64,000 nt of DNA from NCBI RefSeq assembly GCF_009914755.1, contig NC_060933.1; one strand, 5' to 3'. The DNA is from the human T2T-CHM13v2.0 reference genome, Homo sapiens. The notes below the pieces were generated by a model, which saw only the letters and a list, made by a program, of their open reading frames with translations, did no database searches and was not told the origin of the DNA. Both the position numbers and the translations under genes were made by a program. Of the stretch, positions 1-18,316 are shown in pieces. Positions within the stretch are counted from its first letter, which is position 1. Each line of letters starts with the position of its first letter.

Positions 1-149
1 TCTTCAGTTTCCATCTCTAGCCCCATAATCTTTGATTTCTCTTGTCCACATGGATGGTTACCTTTTCTGAAATGTCATAGCTCTTACAGTGCTAGCCACC
101 TATTTTGATGCCAAATCTTTACACCAACCAGTGTTATCACTTAATCAAT

Positions 150-290
150 TCTTACATCTATGTCTTAACTTCTCCAACCAAACTTAAGACTTGTTGGTGC
201 CAAGAATCAAATCTCATACTTTTGAGTTATTCAAACCATACAGAACAGTAGATACTGAATAAGTATTTGTCTGAATGAATTGTTTGAATA
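150..290 (+). mobile_element. L2 LINE 3' end fragment
   Basis: Ends ...agtagatactgaataagtatttgtctgaatgaa, typical degraded L2 terminus. Confidence 0.55.
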
Positions 291-309
291 ACTTAAAGAG
301 CCTAGAAGC

Positions 310-645
<336 letters not shown>

Positions 646-944
646 TTAGAAGAGGAAGCTTGATAGATGAAAATTTCCAGATCAACGGCATTTTATGTAC
701 TTCTCAGAAACAAGGTATGACTAGACTGAAAGATCTGAAGTCAGGAAGAAACTTCTTGGTATCAGTCTGTGCCCTTAGGAAGAAGTGAGGTCATAAGCTC
801 TATTAGCACACATAGCTGAAAAACTGAAAGAGGATGTAAGAGAAAGGATTGTTAAAAAACAAAAACAAAAAAACACAAAAAACCAAAAATAAAAAATCTG
901 GGTGAGGTATTTGCAATACTAGAGCCAAAGAATTTGACCTAAGA

Positions 945-1881
<937 letters not shown>

Positions 1882-2357
1882 AGGCCTCAGTTTTCTAATG
1901 TGTAAAATGAAAATATGCACTAGACCTTCACTTGTTTTTTTCTATGTGATAATTTTTTTTAAAAAAAGAAGGTGTCATGTTACATTTTATCTTTATGTTT
2001 ACATTTCATCTTGTAAGGTTGCCTTTGAGCCTTGACACAGTGATTTTTCTCATTCAACTAGTTTCTCTCCCATCTCAACTAGTGACCTCACCATCCACTA
2101 ATTGTTTAAGCCAGAAATTGGGAACTTTTCCTTGGTTCCTCTTCCTTGTTTACTTCTTCCATCTACCCCATGAGCAAATCCTATCTGTTCTTCCTTAAAT
2201 TTAGTTCCCAGATCTATCTCCTGCATCTCAGGTCTATGTACTTCTTCCCATCTCCCCTGCTACTAGTCTGTCCAGAGCTACAACCACTTCCCTTATAGAT
2301 TATTGGAATAACCTTCTTATTGGTCTTCATATTTTCACTCTGACTCCCCTCTGATCA

Positions 2358-2651
<294 letters not shown>

Positions 2652-2657
2652 TTAATC

Positions 2658-2803
2658 TTTTTTTATTTTTTAACTTTTAAATTTTTTAAGAGAAGGGTCT
2701 CTCTGTGTTGCCCAGACTGGTCTCTAATTCGTGGGCTCAAGAGATCCTCTCATCTTAGCCTCCCAAGTAGCTGGGAATACAGGCATGTGCCACCACACCC
2801 AGT
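2658..2803 (-). mobile_element. Old Alu monomer (FLAM/AluJ-derived)
   Basis: gggctcaagagatcctctcatcttagcctcccaagtagctggg, monomer length. Confidence 0.8.
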
Positions 2804-2836
2804 GACTTTCCTTCCTAAAATGCTTCAATAGTTTCT

Positions 2837-3161
2837 TTTTCTTTTTCTTTCTTTCTTTCTTTCTTTCTTTTTTTTTTTTTTTGAGATGGAGTCTCGTTCT
2901 TTCACCCAGGCTAGAGTGCAGTGGCGTGATCTTGGCTCACTGCAACCTCTGCCTCCCGGGTTAAAGTGATTCTTCTGCCTCAGTCTTCCAAGTAGCTGGG
3001 ACTACAGCATGTGCCACCACACCTCAATAATTTTTTGTATTTTTAGTAGAAATGGGTTTCACCATGTTGGTCAGGCTGGTCTCGAACAGCTGAGCTTGTG
3101 ATCCACCCGCCTCGGCCTCCCAAAGTGCTGGGATTACAGGTGTGAGCCACTGCACCCAGCC
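2837..3161 (-). mobile_element. AluS
   Basis: Full dimer, TTTC-type tail; TSD cttcaatagtttcttttt. Confidence 0.93.
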
Positions 3162-3395
3162 ACTTCAATAGTTTCTTTTTGTGCTTAACATAAAGTTTAA
3201 ATTCATGTCCAGAGCCTATAAGGTGTCATATGACCAGGCCCCTCAAGGTATAACCCCAGATACTCTCCACTTCACTCAAGCCATGTTTGTCTCATCTTAA
3301 TTCTTCAAACACCCCACATTCTTTCCTAACTCAAGGTCTTTGAGCTTGCTGCTTCTTCCAGGTGGACTGATCTTAGCCCTTCCCTTTGTTGTTGA

Positions 3396-3706
<311 letters not shown>

Positions 3707-4057
3707 TTTTTACCTTTTTTTTTTTTTTTAATTTCAATAGGTTTTTGGGGAACAGGTGGTTTTTGGTTACGTGAAAAGTTCTTTAGTTGTGATTTCTGAG
3801 ATTTTAGCACACCCATCACCTGAGCAGCGTACACTCTACCCAATGTGTAGCTTTTTATCCTTCACCCCCCAAAGTCTTTCCCTGAGTTCCCAAAGTTCAT
3901 TGTATCATTCTTATGCCTTTGCATTCTCGTAGCTTAGCTCCCACTTACGAGTGAGAACATACAATATTTGGTTTTCCATTCCTGAGTCTCCAATTCCACC
4001 CAGGTTGCTGTGAATGCCATTAATATGTTCCTTTTTATGGCTGAGTAGTATTTCATG

Positions 4058-4090
<33 letters not shown>

Positions 4091-4179
4091 TATATACACA
4101 CACACATTTATATGTGTATATATACACATATATATATATGTCACATTTCTTTATCCACTCATTGATTGATGGGCATTTG
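3707..4179 (-). mobile_element. L1PB (L1PB1-like) 3' end, 5'-truncated, containing TA/CA microsatellite
   Basis: ttcaataggtttttggggaacaggtgg...ctttagttgtgatttctgagattttagcacacccatcacc...; TSD tagccctKccctttg 3374-3388/4180-4194. Confidence 0.85.
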
Positions 4180-4412
4180 TAGCCCTGCCCTTTGAATGGC
4201 TGACTTCTTCTTATGCTTCAGAATTAATACTTTGTAATTACATTAATATGTTTTTTTTTAAAAAAAAAACCTTTTACATATATATTGGTCTGTCACAATA
4301 ATGTATAACAATATTATGGTTTCTGTTTTAATGACTTAACTTTGGCAAACTGGTCAATGATTTCATTAAAACTGATCTTTTTAAAAATAATCAGCTTCAA
4401 TAGACAGTTTAA

Positions 4413-4721
<309 letters not shown>

Positions 4722-4932
4722 TAAAAAAATCTTAAACAAAAGGATATGGTTGGTGAAATACAAATCCTATTGCGCAGTAATTTTCACAAATTTTAAAATT
4801 GACAATACCTTCGCTTCTTTCAGATCAATTATAGTGGCTTTCAAATGTCATCGCTCAAAAAAGTTCAAATGTCATCGCTCAAAAAAAAAAAACAAACCTT
4901 CACTAGAAAATTAATCATAAATTGATGGTACA

Positions 4933-5243
4933 GACCGGGTGCAGTGGCTCACAACTGTAATCCCACCACTTTGGGAGGCCGAGGTGGATGGATCACCTGA
5001 GGTCAGGAGTTCAAGACCAGCATGGCCAACATGGTGACACCCCAGCTCTACTAAAAAAAAAAAAAAATGAAAAAATTAGCCCGGCGTGGTGGTGCATGTC
5101 TGTAATCCCAGCTACTTGAGAGGCTGAGACAGGAGAATCGCTTGAATGCAGAAGGCGGAGGTTGCAGTGAGTCGAGATCATAACACTGTAATCCAGCCTG
5201 GGCAACAGAGGGAGACTCCTCAAAAAATATATAAATAAATAAA
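4933..5243 (+). mobile_element. AluS
   Basis: TSD aaattgatgKtaca on both sides. Confidence 0.93.
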
Positions 5244-5923
5244 TTGATGTTACATTTGGAAAAACTGCTGAAATTTTCTTCTTCTGCAAAAAGTTAGAAA
5301 AAACCACTGAATGATTGAAAACATTGACATTATTTAATTCTTTGCTTTAGAGCAAGTACTCAGTTCTTGATTGAAGTGATTGAGGGATTCAAACATTGTC
5401 CTTTTGTTTTCTTCCGGTAACGTCAGACCAGCATATTTTGTTATTGCTGCTGGCTGTTTTCTTCAAAATTTGCTTTGAAAAAGATGTAAATGGCCATTTC
5501 CTTATACTTGTGATTAAATATTTGTTGGCCTTTCCACCAGTTCTCTGCACTGATCTTCAAGAAAACATTTTAAAACCTGCACACAAAATTTTAAAGACTG
5601 AATACAGAATTTTAAAGCATGCACATTTTTCAAAGCTGTTTCTATCTCTTTGGAAGTTTGTGTCTGATTAAGTTCATCTAAGACTTCACTCCAGGAAAAA
5701 AGTTAACCCAGAAAAGATAAATAGCCTCAGCAGAGAGAAAAATCTACTGATTTTCTTGTGTCTACATTTTGTTTTAGATAGCATAATACTTCAAAAGTTG
5801 GTACTCATTTCTTAAACTTTACTGTGTGCATAGCTTCAAAATGAATACTTTGTTGTGTGTGGGAAAGCCTTTTCATTGTTATACTTACAATCTTCAGCAT
5901 GGTCCATCCGTGAATCTTTTTTA

Positions 5924-6274
<351 letters not shown>

Positions 6275-6739
6275 TCAACCCCCCTAAAAAAAAATCATAC
6301 ATGAAGAAACATTTCCAAAACAGTGGAGTTTGGAGATTGATTTGCACAAGCACAAATGAGGATTTAGGATAAATTTCTTTGACTTTTACCTGAACACTAC
6401 AGTCAGTCTTGGCCATAGTTTCAGCATTGCCATGTCCTTGGCCATGATAGAGGTTCATGTCCAGCATATCACAATTCAGTCATATGGTGACTATTATGTG
6501 AGTTCAGGAGTGTTTATCCTAGAAATAGAAAGACACCCAGGAATGACTCCTTTCTTTCAAATTTGCTGTTCTCAAAATGAACATACTTAAGGACTTTACA
6601 TTTGATCAGGGTATAAACCACTGGGAAGACTAAGTGCTCAGAAAAAGAACCAAAGACTTGGAGATAGGAACAGAGCCTGAAATGAACAGAAACTATTCTA
6701 TACCCCCCATGAACCTAGAAACAAATGTGTATAGCTAAG

Positions 6740-7080
6740 CGTATTAGTCCACTCGGGATGCTTTAACAGAATATCAATAAACTGGAATGCTTCACAGTAA
6801 ACATTTATTTCTCACAGTTCTGGAGGCTGGGAAGTCCAAGATCTGGTATCTGCTGAGGTTCCTCTTACTGGTTTGCAGATGGCCGTCTTCTTGTTCTATC
6901 CTCACATGGCAGAGAGCAGAGAACAGACCATCTCTTGTGTCTGTTCTTAGAAGAACATTAATCCTATTTATGAGCACTCTACCTTCGCAACCAAAAGGCT
7001 TCATCTCCAAATACCATCACTTGGAGATTTAGCCTTCAACACAGGAATTTTGGGGGTACACAAACATTCAATCCATAGCA
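6740..7080 (-). mobile_element. MaLR solo LTR (MLT1A/MLT1A0-like)
   Basis: atttatttctcacagttctggaggctgggaagtccaagatc...aaacattcaatccatagca; 5-bp TSD ctaag/ctgag. Confidence 0.85.
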
Positions 7081-7221
7081 CTGAGTCTGTATGTGTTGGG
7101 AACTGATTGATAAATTGGAATTCTTCAAATTAACTTACATGTAGAATACAGTATTTATTAAAGGATAAGTAAAAAGAAATGTGTTAATTTATAGTATATT
7201 TATTATTATTAAAAGTCTATA

Positions 7222-7517
7222 GGGCTGGGCACAGTGGCTTATGCCTGTAATCCCAGCACTTTGGGAGGCCAAGGTGGGGTGGATCACGAGGCCAGGAGTT
7301 TCAAGATCAGCCTAGCCAATATGGTAAAATTCCATCTCTACTAAAAATACAAAAATTAATTGGGCATGGTCAGGCGCACGCCTGTAATCCCAGCTACTTG
7401 GGAGGCTGAGGCAGGAGAACTGCTTCAATGAACCCGGGAGGTTCATTCAAGATCACGCCACTGCACTTCAGCCTGGGTGACAGAGTGAGACTCTGTCTTA
7501 AAAAAAAAAAAAAAAAA
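7222..7517 (+). mobile_element. AluS with rearranged right arm
   Basis: TSD aaaagtcta; hairpin replaces part of right arm at 7423-7451. Confidence 0.92.
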
Positions 7518-7644
7518 GTCTACAGTAACTGCAATTGTTTAGAATTTAAGCCAACAAGATATGTTTTCTTTTCCGGGAGTTGTATTTTTTATCACTGATT
7601 GTCTACAATTGACAGTGCATGTCAAAAAGCAGACTTGTCGTGCT

Positions 7645-7770
7645 GCAGTGGCTCACGCCTGTAATCCCAGAACTTTGAGAGGGCGAGGCAGGAGGATTGC
7701 TTGAGCCCAGGAGTTGGAGACCAACCTGGGCAACATAGTGAGATCCCATCTCTAAAAAAATAAAAATAAA
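7645..7770 (+). mobile_element. FLAM-type Alu monomer
   Basis: ggaggattgcttgagcccaggagtt...gggcaacatagtgaga, A tail. Confidence 0.85.
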
Positions 7771-7854
7771 ACCACTCATTTTTGTCAATTTTATTACTGC
7801 TTTTAATTTTTCTAAAGACGATGTGCTGCTCCAGCTCTGGGTACACACATGCCC

Positions 7855-7978
7855 ACGAGAGCAAGCTCATGAGAGAAGAAACTACATCCCCTCTATCCAC
7901 CTATATTTCTAACGCCTTGCACAGTAGCTGGCACATAGTGGACATGAAATAAATATTTGTGGAATAAATAAGTGAAGA
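7855..7978 (+). mobile_element. L2 3' terminus
   Basis: cacagtagctggcacatagtgg...aataaatatttgtggaataaataa. Confidence 0.6.
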
Positions 7979-8194
7979 AGAATTTTAGAATACTTTATAA
8001 GAAACAATAAATCTTCAGAGATCAACATTTCAAATTAGTAACTTTATTTACAAACCTCTCTTCTGGGTTTTATTATTTACTACAAGTGCTTGCAAGACCT
8101 GTTATTGTACACTCATGTATTCCTATCAAAGGTAATCATCAGACATTATATTTCGTTAAATAATTTAATGGTGCTTTCTGTTCTTTATTCATTA

Positions 8195-8330
8195 ATTTTT
8201 TTGTGTGTGTGTGAGAATGGAGTTTCACTATGTTGCCCAGGCTGGCCTTGAACTCCAGGGTTCAAGTGGATCCTCCTGCCTTGGCCTCCCAAAGTGCTGG
8301 GATTACAGGCATAAACCACCATGTCCAACA
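8195..8330 (-). mobile_element. Alu left monomer (FLAM/AluJ)
   Basis: ctatgttgcccaggctgg...cctcccaaagtgctgggattacaggc. Confidence 0.85.
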
Positions 8331-8366
8331 ATGTTTTCTGCTCTTTAGTAAGTCTAGCCATATTAA

Positions 8367-8975
<609 letters not shown>

Positions 8976-9115
8976 CTCATATTACATTTTAAATGGAGGT
9001 AGAATATCAACCTGAATTCACTAAGAGAATGCAGGACAAATTGCCCTGATATCCTGACACAAAGGTGAAGCAGGACTTTTTTGTAATTTGAGGATTTAAA
9101 AGCATGGTTGCTCCA

Positions 9116-10233
<1,118 letters not shown>

Positions 10234-10577
10234 AGTGGGCCCTGGGATCCATCTGCCCTAGCCGTTTATCTAAAACAAAAGATCTTATAGGGAAAGCAAA
10301 CAAACAAACAAAAAATACAGAAACAAAGCAAAACAAAGCACCCCTATGCTCTGAGCTTGGGCCTGGTAAGGGCACTATGAGCCCATGATTTAGCATGTTG
10401 CTGGGAAATCTCCTTCCCCCTGTTGAGTTGCCAGAATCGTGGAAGCAGATGGTGTGGGGGATTCAGGCTCCTCCACTGCTTTTCTCAGCCAGACCTTTGA
10501 GGAGAGCTTGGCTGAAGTCTTCCAAGCTTTATCCCCTTGTAGCCATTGTTTTGAGCCATCTCAAACATTAAGTAGCT

Positions 10578-11030
10578 CTTGAGGGTTGAATTGAGTCCTT
10601 CCTAAAGACAGACTAAAGTCCTAGTCTCCAGGACCTGTAAATGTTCCCTTATTTGTAATTAGGATGTTTACAGATGTAATCAAATTAAAATGAGGTCATA
10701 CCGGACTAGGGTGGGCTCTGATCCAATATGGCCGGCATCCTCATAAGAAGAGGAGAAGAGACATAGACACATAGGGAAAAGACCGTGTGATGATGGCAGA
10801 GATTAGAGTGATGTGTTTACAAGCCAAGGAATGTCAAATATTGCCGGCAATATCAGAAACTAAGAAAAAGGCATGGCACAGATTGTCTCTGAGAGCCTCT
10901 CAGAGAGTATGGCCCTGCTGACACCTTAGTTTCAGAGGTCTAGCATCCAGAACTCTGAGAAAACAGATTTGTGTTGTTTTAAGACACCCACCATGTGGTA
11001 ATTTATTACAGTAGCCCTTAAACTAACACA
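10578..11030 (+). mobile_element. MaLR LTR (MLT1C-like)
   Basis: gatgtaatcaaattaaaatgaggtcatac...aagccaaggaatg...ccctgctgacacctt...aactaacaca. Confidence 0.8.
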
Positions 11031-11912
11031 GTGACCTTGTGTCTTCTGCCAGAGGGATTTGATCACACTGGTGAGGAAGGGTCCTGGTCCATAATAACCC
11101 AAATTTCTGCCAGGGAAGAGGAGATTGAAAGGTCCCAGTGATCTTGGCCTATTTACTTGGGAGCTCTTCCACAGAACAAATGAACTCCTGAAGATGAGCT
11201 GCTACAAGGATTCTGTGCTTTGGACAGAATTGCACTTGTCTCTTCCCCCTGCTGTCATTCCCTGACTAGGAAAGGTCCAAGCTGTGAAGGAATCCCCCCC
11301 AGAAGAGACTTGTAAGCATTAAAGACCTGTAGAAAACTAAGAGGGAGGGTGGATAGAGGAGTCTGGAGACCCACTAACCTTCTGAGCTGCTTATTGCCTG
11401 AAGTGGGGGTGGAGTGGGCTGCAAACACTGTTGTATTTGGGGGACACATCACAGATGCTTATTTGCACCTTGGACTTTGTCAGGACACTCTGGTTACAGC
11501 ACAACTTTGTGAACATGGATCACAAGATACTTGGAAAAGCAGTGTTTGCATTAATCAGATTAGGATTAGCTAAAATTTTAATTAAAGAACCAGAGAGTAC
11601 TTCAGAGGCAAGGAGATGATAGTTACCTGGGATTACTTGCTATTTGTGAAACCAACCAGCTGACCACTTGTGTTGTTTGTCCCAAGGTATAATAATAACT
11701 AGATGTTTGCATATTGTGATTGTTTCTGTTCGGATTTAATGGCTGATCTATTTATCATATTAAAAGAGGGATCAAGTTCAAAGATTTCAATGCTCTTTAT
11801 CTTCTTTCTATATATGATATTTATTTTTAAATGTCCATATTAAATATACATATATACACACGATTCTCAGAATTACGAAGAATGTGCTGTGTAGCATTCA
11901 ATTATATATATA

Positions 11913-12205
<293 letters not shown>

Positions 12206-13559
12206 CCAATTCTGTATATTTTTAAATGTAAGTATAAAGATCAAAGATACAAAGTATATTCACATATCAGTTTCCATGTTGTTATTATTATTATTATTTG
12301 CCATTTTAACCATCTCCAGATGAAGAAAACTGAATGTAAAGTTAAATATCTCCTTAACTTTTACTCTATTTAAAAAGAGACTGAATTATTTGTGAGGTAA
12401 CCCAGTTGTAGCTGTTCTACTCTTCTCTACTGCTAGATTTTGGAAGAACCAAACAGGAATAAAGCAAAGCATGACACAGAAGAGAAAGCAGAATTATACT
12501 GTAGTAGTATGCTCATATTTTATCAGAGTTTGCCTGTACTTTTGCTGATTTTTTTTTCTCCTAGCTTGGACATTTTAAAGGCTTATTTTAAATTTATCTC
12601 TTCTGTATTAACAGGTGAGAAGTGGACAAATCAATGTATAAAAACTACTATGGCTATCATCATTTAGAATTTTGTCTTAAAAGTAATTGGATTTCTGGGG
12701 TCCTAGACACATAATGATTAGAGATCATGCCACCAGTTCTATATGGAGCCATCTCAATTCATCCTTTCTCAATTTATCCTTTCCAGGCATTTTTCTTGAA
12801 AGTGCCTAAGTACTGGCGTCTCCCTACGACTATTATATCTGAAAACACATTCAGTTTTCAAACCAGCTGAATTTTATGCCTGACTATTCCTTTTAACTTA
12901 TACCAATGAAAATCCTTTAATAAATTCACTCACAATTGCTCCACTTTCTCAAACAGAGCACAAAGCATCTAACAATATTTCTTCATGATTGATAGCATAC
13001 ACACTCTTGACTTCATATTCTTCAAAATCTTGGTATTTTTATAAGCATTAGTGCCTTTTTTTTCCCCAGTCAGAAGCACTGACGGATTTATTCTATTGGG
13101 TGTTGTCTTCTGTTTGGTCTTTAGCTTTTCTTAGCTGTGATCGTTTATTGCTGAATAATTAAGGGCAATTCTTTCCCACTGAAATACTTTTCAAGTTAAA
13201 CATTTTTTCCTTAAATTTTTGCCCCAGGCTACTTCTAGATCCAGCGTTGTTCCAGCTTACTGAGCATTCCAGAGGGCTAAGGTCCAAGTTAGCCAAGGTT
13301 TTAAAATGTTGACCATGTGGACCTGAATTCTTTCCAGTTACATATTTGCATACTTTTAACAGGAGTGGTTATTTCTCGTCAAAAGACAGAACTCTGGAAA
13401 TACCAGGGCAAAACTATGTGTTTTTTTCTTGGTGATATCTTGATCTTAGCATTTTACTCTCTCTTCCTGGTTTCTAGCTTGACCTTTGTATTTTAGAGGA
13501 GAGTAATAGAGTAACAGTGCACTGAGAAGCAATGGGACATGACAGAATAGTTTCAGCAG

Positions 13560-13715
13560 TGAAAGTCAGGGAAGCTGGTTTCAACCATTCATTCACAAGC
13601 TTAAAGGACTTTGGTATCTGACTTTGTGGATGCCACTTTCTCATCTGTAAAATAAGGGGGTTGGATCGTGTGATTTATAAGGGGCTTTCTTACTTTCTAA
13701 CATTCCATATTCTAT
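13560..13715 (+). mobile_element. MIR fragment
   Basis: tttctcatctgtaaaataagggggttgga...ctttctaacattcc. Confidence 0.55.
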
Positions 13716-13807
13716 AAAGACAGTTAAAGTCTCCAGAGAGTAAAGAATGTAGAAAATTCCTGAAATTTACTCAGCTCCTTTATTCCTAAATATTTTTGAA
13801 TTCTGAA

Positions 13808-14104
13808 ATTATTATTATTATTATTTTTTGAGATGGAGTCTCACTCTGCTGCCCAGGCCAAAGTGCGATGGCACAATCTCAGCTCACTGCAATCTCTGCT
13901 GCCCAGGTTCAAGTGATTCTCCTGCCTCAGTCTTCTGAGTAGCTGGGATTACAGGCATGTGCCACCATGCCTGGCTAACTTTTGTATTTTCAGTAGAGAA
14001 GGGGTTTCACCATGTTGGACAGGGTAGTATCAAATTTCTGACCTCAAGTGATCCACCCGCCTCGGCCTCCCAAAGTGCTGGAGTTACAGCCAAAGCACCT
14101 GACC
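13808..14104 (-). mobile_element. AluS
   Basis: Full dimer, (TTA)n tail; TSD tgaattctga. Confidence 0.9.
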
Positions 14105-14114
14105 TGAATTCTGA

Positions 14115-14415
<301 letters not shown>

Positions 14416-14484
14416 CATACTCACAGATTTCTTTGTGATATTATCTCATTTGTTTTCACCACACCCAGATGATGTGGATGGTAG

Positions 14485-14849
<365 letters not shown>

Positions 14850-14972
14850 TGGACTTAACTCTTAAATGATGTTACCCAGGAAAACCAATCTATGACTAAG
14901 GCAAAAAAAAAAAAAAAAAAAAAAAAAAAGTTGCACAGAGAAGAGTGGAAATATCAGTAAATCAGAAGCTAG

Positions 14973-15340
<368 letters not shown>

Positions 15341-15450
15341 TTACTTGTGAAATTAAAGCTTCAACTTTTACTCCTTAGGAACGTCTCACAAATTTCCACA
15401 CATAAATCTAAAGTAGACACTCCTGCTTGCCAAAAGCATACTCTCTAAAA

Positions 15451-15996
15451 CATTGGTTCTCAGACGGACATAGTGGCTCATGCCTGTAATCCCAGCACTT
15501 TGGGAGGCCGAGACGGGTGGATCACTTGAGATCAGGAGTTTGAAACCAGCATGGCCAACATCGTGAAACCCCATTTCTACTGAAAATACAAAAAAAATTA
15601 GCCAGGTATGGTGGTGCGTGCCTGTAATCCCAGCTACTCGGGAGGCCGAAGCAGGAGAATCACTTGAACCTGGGAGGCGGAGGTTGCAGTGAGCCAGATC
15701 CCGCCACTGCACTCTAGCCTGGGAGATAGAGCGAGACTCTGTCTTGGAAACAAACAAACAAACAAACAAACAAAAAAATTGGTTCTTGAGCAGGGCAATT
15801 TCACCTCCAAGGGGACATTTGACAATGGCTGGGGACATTTTTGGTTGTCACATCTGGGGTTGGGGAGTGAAGTGCTATTGGCATCTAATACGTAGAGGCC
15901 AGGGATGCTGCTGAACATCCTGCAGTGCACAGGACAGCCCCTGACAGCATTAAACAGTCCAAAATGTCAATTGTTTTTTGAGGTTGAGAAACGCTG
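15451..15996 (+). mobile_element. MER20 (hAT-Charlie MITE) interrupted near its 5' TIR by an Alu
   Basis: cattggttctca...ggggacatttgacaatg...gaggccagggatgctgctgaacatcct...gaggttgagaaacgctg; 8-bp TSD ctctaaaa/gtctaaaa. Confidence 0.85.
15463..15778 (+). mobile_element. AluS inside MER20
   Basis: Full dimer, (AAAC)n tail, TSD containing attggttct. Confidence 0.92.
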
Positions 15997-16014
15997 GTCT
16001 AAAAGAAATGACAG

Positions 16015-16315
<301 letters not shown>

Positions 16316-16320
16316 AGAAA

Positions 16321-16735
16321 TGACTCAAATGTTTACAGTGATTACTTCTGGATGGGATTATGAAAATTGTTTCTCTACTGTTCTAAAAAACTTTCTGTTC
16401 TTTCCAAATGTTTAATATTGAGCACTTATTTTACAATCATTAAACAAAGAAATGACAACAACTGTTAAAAAAAAATTCTTAAGAACTGAAAGGCAAACAC
16501 CACCACCACTAAAGCCATGTCCCCCAGATCTAGGTTGTGAGTCACATGATACCGACTTCAGAGGCAGCATGTCTCAAGGCCTCTCCAATGTGTGTCAGGG
16601 ACAGCAGTGGGAGTAGGGCCCTCTGAGTCAGCCTCTTTGACCTGGGATGCTGCAGGAGATCTTAGCAAACATTCAAGATTTTCACTGAGTCATTTGCCTG
16701 TGGCATTGATCTGCTCACTCAAGTCTTCCGGTGTT
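16321..16735. promoter_or_regulatory. Candidate enhancer: homotypic AP-1 (TGASTCA) cluster
   Basis: TGACTCA 16321, TGAGTCA 16538, 16624, 16686, plus ETS-like cttccggt ~16725 and FOX-like agcaaaca ~16664, apparently in non-repeat DNA; motif evidence only. Confidence 0.45.
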
Positions 16736-17066
16736 TTGGTGTGAGGGAGGCTAAAGAGGAAAAACAGCTGTTTAGTTTCTCATTGATTTGTATTGTCATT
16801 GAGCAATACCTGGAGCCCAAGTGGATGTCTTTTATTCTGTGGCCTCCACAGCTGGGTCAGTGTGGAAGGCTTCAGACCCTGAGAAATTGTTCCTGGGAGT
16901 CAATTATTTTAATAAGTGAGATATCAGAGTATATTCACAGAAAGAGGCTTCCCTGGCACTGTAAGGGCAGCCAGGAATAAAATAAAAATGCTTCTTCAGT
17001 GAAGATAATTGTCCAAATTGAAGACATAGGAAATATTTCTAATTTGCCTGTGTATTTGGTGAACAT

Positions 17067-17120
17067 TTCTCTCTCTCTCTCTCTTTCTCTCTTTCTCTCT
17101 CTCTCTCTCTTTCTGTCTCC
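17067..17120. repeat. (TC)n imperfect microsatellite
   Basis: Direct reading. Confidence 0.9.
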
Positions 17121-17983
17121 ATAAATGAAGACATGGGAAAATCTATTAAAAATTAAATTAAAATGCAACACTTTTACATAAACAAAATTCCCAATCACTC
17201 TCCTTACTTTACCTCAGCCCAACCAAATGTGAGTTAAATCTCTTCCCTTTCCCATGGGACACTAGCATCTTGGTGGCCCAGCTCAGTAGCTAAGCATAGA
17301 GTAATGAGTTTGTTAAATAATTTCAATTACATTGTTTTTGAGATTCCAGGGTCACAGGGAAATTCTGACCTGAATTATCTGGATGAACTCTCACAATTGT
17401 GCACTGCCTTGTTCAAATTTGGGAAGTGCTGAGAAGCACTCATCCAAGGGGTAGATCTGGACTTCAGCTCATGCAGCATAATAGAATTTCAGGCTCAGTG
17501 ATTTCTAATCTGTTACCACTTGCCATTTTCTACTTGAAGAGGGCAGACACCTTCACTGATCTCTGTTTCTATTTCATCTTTTGAAAAATCGGGATGATAA
17601 TGGTTATCTGGTTTACATGCTTTTACATGCTTGTCAGGAGTTATTTTAAAGCACTTTACAAATATAAAAATGTACAATAAAATTGCAGAGTCGGATGCAG
17701 CAACCCCTGTATCCTTTGAGGAATCTATCACAATTCATACCCCTCCCAAGCCAACTTTTCTGGTACTACTCTGGAAAATTGTGCTTATACAGTTAAAATT
17801 TTTATTTTCAAAAAGTTGTGTAATTCCCTTTTTCAACCATTTTTTTTGTTATAAGAAATGCAATTAAAAACATACTTTTCTTTCCAAATAGAAGAGCCTA
17901 TTCTGCCTTATAAGAATTGTTTGTAAGATTGAAGGACAAATGAAGTCATACAACTTCTCTGATACCATATTGAACTCAAATGA

Positions 17984-18316
<333 letters not shown>

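Noticed and set aside
4109-4132. 24-bp perfect palindrome tatatgtgtata|tatacacatata
   Set aside because: An expected by-product of a TA/CA compound microsatellite.
14903-14929. Orphan poly-A tract (similar ones at ~853-897 and 55449-55470) as a processed-pseudogene tail
   Set aside because: No convincing TSD, polyadenylation signal or recognisable upstream mRNA.
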